Source: an uncultured candidate division Zixibacteria bacterium
GTDB lineage: Bacteria; Zixibacteria; MSB-5A5; GN15; FEB-12
DNA: 64,000 nucleotides
Reading direction: 5' to 3'
Assembly (NCBI GenBank): GCA_963664195.1
Contig: OY760907.1
Span: 1,376,001-1,440,000 of the forward strand
Shown here: in pieces, positions 10,723-21,076 of the stretch
How the letters are laid out: every line of letters begins with the position of its first letter
Position numbering within the stretch: position 1 is the first letter of the stretch
Translations under genes and position numbers: made by a program
The notes under the pieces: model-generated
What the model was told of the DNA's origin: nothing
The model's database searches: none
Seen by the model: the letters and a program-made list of their open reading frames with translations, nothing else

Positions 10723-11312
10723 ATGGAATCATAACCTACGAGACCGCCGAGCTTCTGCAGAAATACCTTCCAGATGGACGGTTAGACGCTTACTTCGATG
10801 CGTTGATGGCCGAAAACGAAAAGGTCAACCTGGTTTCACGTGAAACCACCCGCGATGCCTTCGCACGGCTTGTGTGTGAGTCGCTGCTTCCACTCAAGAC
10901 TCTCCCGGACAGTTTCGACAAACACCTCGATATCGGTTCCGGCGGTGGTTTCCCCGCTGTACCGATTGCTCTTGCCGGGCGTGTCGGCGAAGAGACGACA
11001 TTGGTGGAGCGAACCGGAAAGAAAGCCGCTGCGCTCAAAAGCATGTGCGCCACCCTGGGCATCAAGGCAAGAGTGATTCGCCAGACATTCGAGGAAATCA
11101 AATTCACCACGAGATACGATCTGATTACCCTCCGGTATGTCAAACTGACCCCGTCACTGCTCAAATCAATCATGGGCAGACTTCGCACCGACGGCGTTTT
11201 CGTCTATTATTCCACGCCGGAGTTTGCCCCGGGCAAATTCCAGTCGATGACCGTGAAATTCAGGTCTCCGGAAAGTGAAGTTGTCAAGAGCTTTACGCTC
11301 TTGAAAAAGTAA
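10719..11312 (+). CDS. rsmG: 16S rRNA m7G527 methyltransferase (GidB)
   Basis: NLVSR, LDIGSGGGFPAVP, position between mnmG and parA. Confidence 0.92.
   Translation: MNGIITYETAELLQKYLPDGRLDAYFDALMAENEKVNLVSRETTRDAFARLVCESLLPLKTLPDSFDKHLDIGSGGGFPAVPIALAGRVGEETTLVERTGKKAAALKSMCATLGIKARVIRQTFEEIKFTTRYDLITLRYVKLTPSLLKSIMGRLRTDGVFVYYSTPEFAPGKFQSMTVKFRSPESEVVKSFTLLKK
10832..10847. promoter_or_regulatory. Second parS site inside rsmG (encodes VSRET)
   Basis: Palindrome GGTTTCACGTGAAACC. Confidence 0.85.
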
Positions 11313-11403
11313 CGGATTCTCCGCCCCAGTTATTTTTGTTGCGCCAGCCCGGTCGTTTGTATAAACTCATATCCTGAGATAAGTTTCGTGGAAGGAGAAC
11401 TGT

Positions 11404-12162
11404 GTGGGTCGGGTTATTGCAATTGCAAATCAGAAGGGGGGCGTGGGAAAAACCACCACCGCGGTGAATCTTAGCTCCTGCCTTGCAGCCGCCGAGCAAA
11501 AAACCCTATTAATTGATATGGACCCCCAGGCCAACTCGACCTCCGGGGTCGGGTTTGAGCGTGATGAAGAAATCCCCTCGATCTATGACGCCCTGATCGA
11601 CAAGAAAGCGATTGGCGAGATCATTCGGCAAACCGATCTCCCGTTCCTGAATCTCGTCCCTTCGGCGATTTCCCTTGTCGGAGCAGAGATAGAGCTGGTG
11701 ACCATGATCTCCCGCGAGACCCGGCTCAAGACCGTGCTGTCGAGTATCGTGGACGAGTATAAGTACATCATAATCGACTGTCCACCCTCGCTCGGATTGT
11801 TGACCATCAACACGTTGACGGCGGCAAACTCCGTTATCATACCGATTCAATGTGAATACTACGCTCTCGAAGGTCTCGGGCAGTTGATTAACACGGTGAA
11901 GCTTGTCCAAAATCATCTGAACCCCGACCTGGAAATCGAGGGCGTGTTGCTCACCATGTATGACGGCCGTCTGAATCTCTCCAAGCAGGTGTCGGAGGAA
12001 GTGCGCAAGCATTTCGATTCGAGGGTATACCAGACGGTGATCTCGCGAAATGTTCGTCTGTCCGAGGCGCCTTCGTTTGGCAAACCGATCATACTCTATG
12101 ACATTCTCTCTACCGGGGCGGAAAACTACATGGCACTGACCAAGGAGGTGATGGCACGATGA
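11404..12162 (+). CDS. parA: Chromosome partition ATPase ParA/Soj
   Basis: [46 protein letters not shown]. Confidence 0.98.
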   Translation: MGRVIAIANQKGGVGKTTTAVNLSSCLAAAEQKTLLIDMDPQANSTSGVGFERDEEIPSIYDALIDKKAIGEIIRQTDLPFLNLVPSAISLVGAEIELVTMISRETRLKTVLSSIVDEYKYIIIDCPPSLGLLTINTLTAANSVIIPIQCEYYALEGLGQLINTVKLVQNHLNPDLEIEGVLLTMYDGRLNLSKQVSEEVRKHFDSRVYQTVISRNVRLSEAPSFGKPIILYDILSTGAENYMALTKEVMAR

Positions 12163-13007
12163 GCAAGCAGGTTCTGGGCAAAGGTCTTGGCGCGTTAATT
12201 CCCGGCCGGGCCGAAGAAGAGACCCATGATAACCAATATCGAGTTATTCCTCTTGACCGGATCGCTCCCAATCCGATGCAGCCCCGGAAGCAGTTTGAGG
12301 ACGAACGCCTTGCCGAGCTAGCCGAGTCGCTCAAGGTCAACGGTATCATGCAACCGCTGGTGGTCAAGAAAAACGGCGGCGGGTTCACGATTGTCGCCGG
12401 CGAGCGACGGTTCCGTGCGGCGCGCCTGGCCGGTCTGAAAGAAGTACCGACGATCATCATGGATGACATCGATGACGTGCGTATGCTCGAACTCGCCCTG
12501 GTCGAAAACATCCAGAGAGAGAATCTCAATCCTATCGAACTGGCCGAGGCTTACAGTCGTTTGATCGACAAGTGCGGTCTGACCCAGGCACAGTTGGCCG
12601 AGCGGGTCGGCAAAAGTCGTGTTGCGGTAACGAACAATCTCAGATTGCTGACGCTTCCGGATTCGGTCAAGCGGCTCGTGGCTGAAAGCAGGATTACTGA
12701 AGGTCATGCCCGTGCAATTTTGTCGCTGGATTCAGAGGCCCGCATGCTGGAAATGGCCGAGCAGATTGTCTCTGGCTCCCTGTCGGTACGTGAGGTGGAA
12801 AAGAAAACCTCGCCGTCGAAGAAACGCCGCCTGATCGTTAAGCGAAAGTCGCCGATCCTCACGGAGATCGAGAGCGATCTGAAACGCCGCATGGGAACGT
12901 CGGTTCGTGTGATCCCCGGTCTTAAAAAGGGTCGTATTGAAATCGAGTATTACGGGGACGATGACCTTGATCGTCTATGGCAACTGCTGAAAGAGATTCA
13001 GTCGTAA
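12159..13007 (+). CDS. parB: Chromosome partition protein ParB/Spo0J
   Basis: [32 protein letters not shown] region. Confidence 0.98.
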   Translation: MSKQVLGKGLGALIPGRAEEETHDNQYRVIPLDRIAPNPMQPRKQFEDERLAELAESLKVNGIMQPLVVKKNGGGFTIVAGERRFRAARLAGLKEVPTIIMDDIDDVRMLELALVENIQRENLNPIELAEAYSRLIDKCGLTQAQLAERVGKSRVAVTNNLRLLTLPDSVKRLVAESRITEGHARAILSLDSEARMLEMAEQIVSGSLSVREVEKKTSPSKKRRLIVKRKSPILTEIESDLKRRMGTSVRVIPGLKKGRIEIEYYGDDDLDRLWQLLKEIQS

Positions 13008-13009
13008 GT

Positions 13010-13786
13010 ATGGGCACGAAGGCGAAATACGTATCGATCATGCTTGTTCCCGACGGGACAGAGCCCCGATCCGGCTGGCGTGTCCGCCGCTGGCTGCTCA
13101 GGGGTATCGTTATTTCCTTGGCCGCTATTCTTGTGGGCATTGTACTCTTCTTTTCGTTCTACGGTTCGGTCCTCAGGCGGGCGGCCCTGACAGAACAAGT
13201 GATGGAGGAGAACAAGAACCTCAAGCGGTACTACTACAAAGTGCAATTGCTGGAGCAGAACCTCAACAAAGCCCGCGAAGTGGTTACACGCATGACTGAA
13301 CTGGCCGGGATTGAGTATGAGTTCCCCGCGCTGCCGGATGACTCCGTGCTGTTTGCCGGCATGGATCAGGATGAAGGCGTTGCCGTTTCTCGAACCGGCA
13401 ATAAGGACTGGACTCTCCCCGGAGGACTTCCGATCGACGGCTTCATCTCCCAGCACTTTTCCGGGCGCGAGTCCGACCAATCCCATCCGGGCATTGACAT
13501 CGCCTGCGCCATCGGAACGCCGGTGCTGGCGACGGGCTCGGGGATCGTGCAGGATGTCATGTTAGACTCCGTTTACGGTCACGTGGTGATTCTCAAACAT
13601 AACGATACTGTGACCACTGTTTACGGTCATAACGACCGTATTCTTGTTAGTAAGGGGCAGGAAGTGTTGGTGGGGAGCCGCATCGCTCTCTCCGGCAACA
13701 GCGGACGGTCGACCGCGCCGCATCTGCATTATGAAATACGCATTCATGGTGAACCTATAGATCCGTTGGACAATCCGTATGATTAA
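13010..13786 (+). CDS. M23 family metallopeptidase with N-terminal TM and coiled coil
   Basis: HPGID, YGH, TAPHLHYE; start moved to ATG 13010 just after the parB stop. Confidence 0.92.
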   Translation: MGTKAKYVSIMLVPDGTEPRSGWRVRRWLLRGIVISLAAILVGIVLFFSFYGSVLRRAALTEQVMEENKNLKRYYYKVQLLEQNLNKAREVVTRMTELAGIEYEFPALPDDSVLFAGMDQDEGVAVSRTGNKDWTLPGGLPIDGFISQHFSGRESDQSHPGIDIACAIGTPVLATGSGIVQDVMLDSVYGHVVILKHNDTVTTVYGHNDRILVSKGQEVLVGSRIALSGNSGRSTAPHLHYEIRIHGEPIDPLDNPYD

Positions 13787-14207
13787 AAAGAATAACTCGA
13801 ACGAAACGGGTGGATTAATGAACACCATTATTGGTAAAGACACCGTTATCACCGGAACGCTCGATGTCAAGGGAGCGCTTCGTGTTGACGGCAAGGTGAA
13901 GGGCAAGATCATTTGCTCGGACTGCGTCACGGTCGGGGCAACCGGCATCGTGGAAGCAGACATTCAGTCGAATTCGGCCATTGTCGCCGGCCATGTCATG
14001 GGCAACGTGCAGACGTCTGAGAAAATCGAACTCCAGGCCAAGTGCGAAATGGACGGCGATCTGAAGACCAAATCGCTGGTCATCGAACAAGGCGCGGTCT
14101 TCTGTGGAGCCTGCAACATGAAAGGCGGTACGCCGGATCTCGGGTTTCTGACCCCGGATCAAGAGAAGAGCGGGATTCCGGCTGAAAAGAAGACGGAATC
14201 CAAGTAA
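13779..14207 (+). CDS. Bactofilin (polymer-forming cytoskeletal protein)
   Basis: TIIGKDTVITGTL...LRVDGKVKG...IEQGAVFCG beta-helix; overlaps the M23 gene. Confidence 0.93.
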   Translation: MIKKNNSNETGGLMNTIIGKDTVITGTLDVKGALRVDGKVKGKIICSDCVTVGATGIVEADIQSNSAIVAGHVMGNVQTSEKIELQAKCEMDGDLKTKSLVIEQGAVFCGACNMKGGTPDLGFLTPDQEKSGIPAEKKTESK

Positions 14208-14226
14208 TTCACATTCGGCGCGAGGC

Positions 14227-14429
14227 TGTGGACAAGTCAGTAGAATTGTGGATATGCCACTAATGCATTGAATGGCAAGCCCTTAGCCTCTATGTTGGCC
14301 CGTTGCGATGCCCCGTTTATCCACAAGTCAAGCGATTTTCTAACTGGATAAGCGAACAGCACTTATGAAGGAATTGTTAAGTATTCGATCACTACCCGTG
14401 AACTTAACTCCTTCTGCATCAAAGAATTA
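14227..14429. other. DnaA-box cluster, candidate oriC
   Basis: TTATCCACA 14317-14325; reverse TGTGGACAA 14227-14235 and TGTGGATAT 14247-14255 (1 mismatch each); ACTGGATAA 14343-14351 (2 mismatches); AT-rich tract and IHF-like ATCAAagaaTTA 14418-14429. Confidence 0.55.
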
Positions 14430-14618
14430 TGAAACCCGTTGGAGTGTGGCGTTTTTGCCGAACCGAAAGGATCAATTCTGATCCTGTCAACAGCACTAAC
14501 GACGTCTGTCAACCAGCCGCCAAACGCAAAATCGGCTGTAACTAACACGTACTTGCCAGGTATAATACCTTGTATATATGCCCGCACCAACCTTTCAGCC
14601 AAGTTCTCCGGAGGAACA

Positions 14619-15626
14619 ATGACACCGACCGAGGTTAAGTCTGACATAGAAGCTGTTGAAAACCTTCATTCCGCCTACGAGAAGGTCGTCGCCGAAATCC
14701 GCAAAGTGATTGTCGGACAGGACGAAGTCGTCGAGCAACTGCTGATTTCCCTGCTGTCATCCGGACACTGCCTGCTCGTGGGTGTTCCCGGCCTGGCAAA
14801 AACGCTGATGATCTCCACCCTGGCGCGGGTTCTGGACCTGAAATTCAACCGCATTCAGTTCACCCCCGATCTGATGCCCTCGGATATCACCGGGACTGAG
14901 ATTATCGAGGATGACCAGGCAACCGGCAGACGCGGATTCAAATTCGTCAAAGGTCCGGTGTTTGCCAATATCATCCTCGCCGATGAAATCAACCGCACGC
15001 CACCCAAAACTCAGGCCGCGCTCCTTCAGGCGATGCAGGAACACGAAGTTACCGCCGCCGGCGAGACCTATAAGCTCGATGAGCCGTTTTTTGTGCTCGC
15101 GACTCAGAACCCGATTGAACAGGAAGGCACCTACCCGCTTCCCGAAGCTCAGCTTGACCGGTTCATGTTTAACGTGTTTGTCGATTACCCCGCTGCTGCC
15201 GAGGAAGAGGAAATAGTCAAAAACACCACGGCGATATCCAAGTCAGATATCAACAAGGTTCTTACCGCCGAGCAGATTGTTACCTTCCAGCAACTGGTCA
15301 GACGCGTTCCCGTTTCGGACCACCTGGTCGAGTATGCCGTCCAACTCGTCCGTGCAACCCGCCCCAACGAATCGGACACGCCGGATTTCGTCAAGAAATG
15401 GGTCAACTGGGGAGCCGGTCCGCGTGCCTCGCAGTATTTGATTCTTGCGGCCAAAACAAGAGCTATTCTTGACGGCCGCCCGACCCCGGGTCCCGAAGAT
15501 GTCCGGTTTGCCGCTTTCCCGGTTCTCAGACACAGGATTGTGACCTCGTTTAATGCCGAGGCCGACGGAGTCGACAGCCTGGAGATCATCCGACGTATCC
15601 TCGAAACAGTGAAAGCGCACGACTAG
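14619..15626 (+). CDS. MoxR-family AAA+ ATPase
   Basis: [60 protein letters not shown] before ATG 14619. Confidence 0.96.
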   Translation: MTPTEVKSDIEAVENLHSAYEKVVAEIRKVIVGQDEVVEQLLISLLSSGHCLLVGVPGLAKTLMISTLARVLDLKFNRIQFTPDLMPSDITGTEIIEDDQATGRRGFKFVKGPVFANIILADEINRTPPKTQAALLQAMQEHEVTAAGETYKLDEPFFVLATQNPIEQEGTYPLPEAQLDRFMFNVFVDYPAAAEEEEIVKNTTAISKSDINKVLTAEQIVTFQQLVRRVPVSDHLVEYAVQLVRATRPNESDTPDFVKKWVNWGAGPRASQYLILAAKTRAILDGRPTPGPEDVRFAAFPVLRHRIVTSFNAEADGVDSLEIIRRILETVKAHD

Positions 15627-15684
15627 CACGCACGGCGTGATTCGTCTTGCACGCTGATTCCTTTCTTGACCGCAGATTTGACCT

Positions 15685-16188
15685 ATGAAGGACCTTGACC
15701 GCATAAACAAGTTTCCCCCGGCCGCACGGCTGTTTGCGTTTGTCTTCACTACGCTCATGTTGCTCGTCTGCTTGTGGGCAGTGTGGATATACACGGTCGA
15801 GAAGGGAGAGGTCGACCGCGATAACCTTCCGGCCTATATGGCCGACAACGGCGCGGCTTCCGCCGGATCGTCTGACGGGGAATCGAAGGACTTGAGGAGA
15901 AATCTTGGTCTCGCCCATACGCACGTCAACGGTCAGACGCTGCTCTTTTTCGCACTCGGATTGCTGTTCCTGTTCACGTCCGTAGGTTTGAAAACGAAAA
16001 AGCGAATCCTGTGGACTTTCGGTATTACGATTCTTGTCCACACGGTCGGACTCAGCGGTGAGGGCTTCCATTGGATTTTCGATGACCTCTTAGCAATCAG
16101 CGGTGTGCTTTTGCTGATACTGATTGCGTACATGTGCCTGATGATCTACGTCGACCTCGGTCGCAAGAAACCGGAAACGAGCCGCTAA
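15685..16188 (+). CDS. Hypothetical 4-TM membrane protein with AHTH motif
   Basis: Four hydrophobic segments; in operon between MoxR and DUF58 genes. Confidence 0.75.
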   Translation: MKDLDRINKFPPAARLFAFVFTTLMLLVCLWAVWIYTVEKGEVDRDNLPAYMADNGAASAGSSDGESKDLRRNLGLAHTHVNGQTLLFFALGLLFLFTSVGLKTKKRILWTFGITILVHTVGLSGEGFHWIFDDLLAISGVLLLILIAYMCLMIYVDLGRKKPETSR

Positions 16189-16202
16189 CGGCGCAAAACG
16201 AT

Positions 16203-17099
16203 ATGGCTGATTACAGACAATACCTGAATCCGGAGACGGTCTCCAAACTCAAGGGAATGGAAATGCGCGCCCGCATGGTGGTAGAGGGGTTCATCGCCGG
16301 GCTGCACAAGTCACCGTACCACGGGTTTTCGGTGGAGTTCGCCGAGCATCGCCAGTATATGCCGGGGGACAACATCGGCAATATCGATTGGAAAGTGTAC
16401 GGCAAAACCGACCGCTACTATATCAAACAGTACGAGGAAGAGACCAACCTCAAAGGGTATCTGCTGCTGGATTGTTCGGCGTCGATGAAATATCGGTCGG
16501 GGAATCGACTGACGAAATTCGATTACGGCGGCATGTTGTGCGGCGCCCTGTCGTATATGATGCTCCGGCAGCGCGACGCGGTCGGATTGGTGACGTACGA
16601 CACGGGGATTCGCCAGTACATTCCGCCGAGGAGCAAACAGGGGCATATCCATGTTTTGCTGAACGAGATTTCCAACCAGCTTCCGAGTGCCATGACCGAT
16701 ACGGCCGCGACTCTTCACGAGATGGCCGAACGGATCAAACGCCGCGGGCTGGTGATAGTCATATCTGATCTGCTTGATGATGTCGACCGAGTGATTTCCG
16801 GCCTTCGACATTTCCGCTACAACAAACACGAAGTGATCGTGTTTCATGTTCTTGATCCGCGCGAACGGGATTTTGATTTTGGCGGGGAGGCGTTGTTCCG
16901 CGACATGGAGACCGGCGAGGAGCTTTCGACTTTGCCGTTCCAGATGAAAAAGGAGTATGCGCGCGCGGTGAAGGAATACTCGGACAAGATTTCGTTGGCT
17001 TGCCGCCAGGCGAACATCGACTACCACCCGATCGACACCTCAATGCCTTTTGACAAAGCATTGTACGCTTTCTTGTCTAAGCGGGAGCGGTTGTATTAG
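16203..17099 (+). CDS. DUF58 (vWA-like) protein, MoxR partner
   Basis: GLHKSPYHGFSVEFAEHRQYMPGD, IDWK, LLDCSASM, ISDL; start set at ATG 16203. Confidence 0.94.
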   Translation: MADYRQYLNPETVSKLKGMEMRARMVVEGFIAGLHKSPYHGFSVEFAEHRQYMPGDNIGNIDWKVYGKTDRYYIKQYEEETNLKGYLLLDCSASMKYRSGNRLTKFDYGGMLCGALSYMMLRQRDAVGLVTYDTGIRQYIPPRSKQGHIHVLLNEISNQLPSAMTDTAATLHEMAERIKRRGLVIVISDLLDDVDRVISGLRHFRYNKHEVIVFHVLDPRERDFDFGGEALFRDMETGEELSTLPFQMKKEYARAVKEYSDKISLACRQANIDYHPIDTSMPFDKALYAFLSKRERLY

Positions 17100-17795
17100 G
17101 GCTATTAATAAGTCACGCAACCAGGCGAGCCTGTGAGCTTGTCGAAGTGTGGCCCGAATAGAGGCTTGCCTCTTGTAGGGAAGGTTTGTCTTCAAACCTG
17201 CCATGGTGTGGGCTGATCTCCCAATAAAAAACGCCCGTGGTGCGTAAGCACACGGGCGAAAACCAGGGCTGCCCTGCGGTCTCGACATGAAGCACTTCAA
17301 GAACAGCTTCCAATACACGTGGTCACTCAGAAACTGCCGAAGCTTCTTCAGATCAACCGACCTTTGGTCTTGGCTCTCCTGAGCAGGAAGCGACGCACCA
17401 GCTTTCTCGAGCCACTTATCAACTCGGTGGTTCCACGAGCTCGGCGGCAACTTGGCATCGTCCTCCAAGGCTGAGCAGATAACAGGCAGAGGGTCTCCGT
17501 CGTCACGATAAGAGGAAACGGCGTTAGGAGTGAATCTGTGATAGATCGCGTACCTGGCATAATCCTTGACCATGCCCTCAAGCAAGGCAACTCCGTAGAC
17601 AAGCCACATCACAGAATGAATGGGGTATGCCTCCTCCAGACGGCGAATCGCCTGTTCCGGGACACCTTGATCAGGATCAGGCGACGGCGTTTGGAGGAGT
17701 CTCCGCCAGCCTTTAATGCCGCCAGCCAGAAGGATGTCAGCCTGTTGTAGAATACTGATCAATCTATCGTAGTTATCGAATGGATAGTCCATCAT
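17040..17795 (-). pseudogene. Hypothetical cargo ORF, probably 3'-disrupted
   Basis: Protein-like sequence from ATG 17795; frame reads through a terminator-like hairpin, a REP-like repeat and into the DUF58 3' end. Confidence 0.4.
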
Positions 17796-18233
17796 TGTCC
17801 CCAGTCTGAGTTGACGACGATACGTGAGCATCGAGTGAGTGATCGCAATATACTCTGTTCTTGGAGGGGAGCAAGCTATGACCTGGGACATCCCCGCATC
17901 GTTTGAGGGTGGCACGCGGAGTCAGAGCTGAATCCGTCAGGGACGGAACCCTGACGGTCGCGATCAGTTCGTAGATCCAGTCTTCGTAGGGTGGAACCCT
18001 TTAGCGGTTCCGCCGGAAAGAGAGTCCGCCGCAGGCGGATAATGGCAGAACCGCTCCGACAGATCAGTGAAACAACGTCAATCCATCTATTCGGGTTCTG
18101 CCCTACCCGGAGTCGTCGCTGACGGTCACGATCAGCTAGCCGTCGGGTTTGTCGGGTTTCTCACTCGCCTTCGGCTTGCTCGGAACCCGACCTACGAAGA
18201 GTAAGGAGCACACTTCGACAGGCTCAGCATGAC
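17112..18233. repeat. Cluster of REP/REPIN-like palindromic elements bounding the cargo ORF
   Basis: Inverted pair TGAGCTTGTCGAAGTGTG 17134-17151 / CACACTTCGACAGGCTCA 18209-18226; GTAGGGTGGAACCC 17986-17999 / GGGTTCTGCCCTAC 18093-18106; GTCGGGTT...AACCCGACCTAC 18142-18195. Confidence 0.7.
17224..17258 (-). terminator. Rho-independent terminator-like hairpin (minus strand)
   Basis: Stem CGCCCGTG/CACGGGCG (17232-17258) followed by a T-run on the minus strand. Confidence 0.55.
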
Positions 18234-18505
18234 ATACTCATAGCCATAACCCCATGCAGCGTAAGTGGCTCCAAAGCAGCACTGTGCGATAGCGAACAGA
18301 GGAAAAGTAGACCGTCAATCGGATGCTTCCGCCATAGCGTACCCCCTATGCACCAAACCGGGTCGAGATTGAACTCGATGTTACCTCTACACCGGCGACC
18401 GAGGACCAAACAACCGAATCCCGTACCGGCCCCGTAACCGGATAGGCACGTCGCGCTCTCTCTCCAAACTACGAGGAATGACGACTGCAATCTGGGGGCT
18501 AACCA

Positions 18506-20971
18506 ATGTACACATCAATCATCAGCATCATCTGCGTATGCCTCGTTTTCGCGTTCGGCTACGCATCCCCGTTCGAGCCGATGTTCGAGGCTAGAATCGA
18601 TTACCGGGCAGGGCAAAGTCCCAGAGGGATCGTCCTGGCCGATTTTGACGGCGACGGTGACAACGATTTGGCTGTTGCCAACAGCGGGTCGGACTCTGTA
18701 TCCGTCATGCTCAACGAGGGCAACGGAACGTTCGTCCCGTTTACCAACTACGCGGTTGGAGATTGGCCGCGAGCGTTGGCGGTTGGCGATCTCAACGGTG
18801 ACGACAACCACGACCTTGTCGCCGTGAATGCAACGTCGGGCAATGTGTCAATCCTTCTCGGTGCCGGAGACGGCTGGTTCTACCGGCCGGTCGAATATAC
18901 GGTCGGATCAAGTCCGATGTCGGTTGCGGTTTGCGATCTCGACAGTGACGGCTACAACGACCTCGCAGTCGCCAACGCGTTATCAAGTGACATGGCGATC
19001 CTTCACAACACGGGGCACGGCACGTTCCAGCCTGCTGTCAGCTACGGCCTTGCAAACATGCCGCTGGCGGTAGTTTCGGGCGATCTCGACGGTGATACGG
19101 ACAATGATCTGGCAATCGTCTGCTTTGGTTCCGATTCGCTGGTGATATTGCTCAACAACGGGGACGGTACTTTTGCGGCCGGCGCTCAGTCTCCGGCTGT
19201 CGGCACCGAACCACTCTCGATAGTTTGTGCTGACCTCGACGGTGATTCTGACAATGATCTGGCGGTGGGGAATTATGGATCGGATGATTTGTCCGTTCTG
19301 CTCAACAATGGTGACGGCAGTTTTCAACCGGCTGTCATTTATGTCACCGACGCCGACCCCTTTACCCTGTCTGCCTCGGACCTTGATAACGACAATGATC
19401 TTGATCTGGCGGTGACGGTGGGACGCCCCGGCGGAGTCAACATACTGCTGAACAACGGCGACGGTTCGTTTCAGGAGTCGGTGCACCACGTGACAGCCTC
19501 CGGACAGGGGACGGTCTTTGCCGAGGATGTCGACGGCGATGGTGACAACGATCTGGCCGTGACGGCCTCGCAGTACGTGTCGGTTCTGCTGAACAACGGT
19601 GATGCCGGCTTTCTTGCCGCTGAGGTTGTGGCCGCGGGCGATGCGCCGTTTTCGATTGTCGCGACCGATCTCGACGGTGATTTCGACGAGGATTTAGTAG
19701 TATCTAACGTTGGCAGTTCCCCTGACTACGAAGGCTCTATTTCAATACTCTTGTGTCAGGGCGATGGTACGTTCGCGGCTGCCGCAGATTATGCGGTTGG
19801 GGCGTACCCGATGTCGGTGGTTGCCGTAGATCTCGATGCCGACGGTGACCGCGATTTGTTGGTAGCCAATAACAACTCGAACTCGATTTCAGTGCTCGGT
19901 AACCTTGGTGATGGGAGTTTTGCTGCGGTTGCGGAGTACGGTTTGTGTGGTAGCCCTCGTTCGGTGTGCGCGAGTGATCTCAACGGTGACACGATTCCGG
20001 ACCTGATAACGGCCAACGAGAAATCCGATATGGTGACAGTGTTGTACGGCAACGGCGACGGAACATTCCGCTTCCCGATCATGGCGTACACGAGTGGCTA
20101 CGACCCTCGCGCCGTGGTCAGCGGCGATTTCGATGCCGACTCCCATAACGATCTGGCGGTGGGCAACTGGCGTTCGGGGAATGTGTCTATCATGTTCAAC
20201 AACGGTGACGGTACGCTGGCGCCTGCGGTCAACTACGAGGTCGGCCGCACTCCGGTGTCGATTGTGATGGATGACTTCGACGGCGACGGCGATATTGATC
20301 TGGCGATAGCGTTGAATGCGGCCGACAGTGTCGCCCTCCTGATGAACAACGGCGATGGTACGTTTCCCGCCGCCGCGCATTATGCGACGGGCCAGGGACC
20401 ATGGTCGGTTTGGAGCGCGGATATTGACAACGACGGCGACCGTGAATTACTGACGGCCAACATGTCGGCAAACAACGTTGCGGTGTTGTGCAATTGTGGC
20501 GACGGTGGGTTTGCCCCGCCGGAACTGTACGGGGCGGGGAGTTTCCCGGCAGCGGTTGCAACCGGAGACTTTGATACTGATGGTTATGTCGATATTGCTG
20601 TCGCGAACCGTGAGTCAGACAACGTTTCCATTCTCCTCAATCTGACCGGAGAACCGACAAGTCTAGAGGATGGGTTGCCTTCTGCACTGCCGTCCGGTTT
20701 CGTGCTCGGACAGAACTACCCGAATCCGTTTAATCCGCGCACGGCGATCGAGTACTCGCTGCCGACCCGCGCCCACGTGACAATCGGCGTGTATAATCTC
20801 CTCGGACAGTCGGTGCGGGTGCTGGTCGATGACGTGCGGCCGGCCGGGCGGCATCGTGTGGTGTGGAACGGCTGTGACCGTCGGGGGCTGCCGGTGGCCA
20901 CGGGTGTGTATTTCTATCGATTGAATGCCGCTAATCACGTTGAAGCGAGGAAAATGCTTCTGTTGAAATAG
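18506..20971 (+). CDS. Secreted FG-GAP/VCBS repeat protein with T9SS/FlgD-like C-terminal sorting domain
   Basis: Signal peptide; 14 D-x-D/N-x-D-x-x-x-D repeats; QNYPNPFNP...GVYFYRL...RKMLLLK. Confidence 0.92.
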   Translation: MYTSIISIICVCLVFAFGYASPFEPMFEARIDYRAGQSPRGIVLADFDGDGDNDLAVANSGSDSVSVMLNEGNGTFVPFTNYAVGDWPRALAVGDLNGDDNHDLVAVNATSGNVSILLGAGDGWFYRPVEYTVGSSPMSVAVCDLDSDGYNDLAVANALSSDMAILHNTGHGTFQPAVSYGLANMPLAVVSGDLDGDTDNDLAIVCFGSDSLVILLNNGDGTFAAGAQSPAVGTEPLSIVCADLDGDSDNDLAVGNYGSDDLSVLLNNGDGSFQPAVIYVTDADPFTLSASDLDNDNDLDLAVTVGRPGGVNILLNNGDGSFQESVHHVTASGQGTVFAEDVDGDGDNDLAVTASQYVSVLLNNGDAGFLAAEVVAAGDAPFSIVATDLDGDFDEDLVVSNVGSSPDYEGSISILLCQGDGTFAAAADYAVGAYPMSVVAVDLDADGDRDLLVANNNSNSISVLGNLGDGSFAAVAEYGLCGSPRSVCASDLNGDTIPDLITANEKSDMVTVLYGNGDGTFRFPIMAYTSGYDPRAVVSGDFDADSHNDLAVGNWRSGNVSIMFNNGDGTLAPAVNYEVGRTPVSIVMDDFDGDGDIDLAIALNAADSVALLMNNGDGTFPAAAHYATGQGPWSVWSADIDNDGDRELLTANMSANNVAVLCNCGDGGFAPPELYGAGSFPAAVATGDFDTDGYVDIAVANRESDNVSILLNLTGEPTSLEDGLPSALPSGFVLGQNYPNPFNPRTAIEYSLPTRAHVTIGVYNLLGQSVRVLVDDVRPAGRHRVVWNGCDRRGLPVATGVYFYRLNAANHVEARKMLLLK

Positions 20972-21076
20972 ACTGTTCTTCTCATTGGTTTGATGTGCTC
21001 GGTAAAAGAGTGGTGGCCCATCAGCAAGGATCAACCTGTGCCGACGGGCCACACGGGGAGGGATTCATCATGCATT

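Noticed and set aside
14439..14618. N-terminal extension of MoxR
   Set aside because: RBS and domain start point to ATG 14619; the upstream part is intergenic
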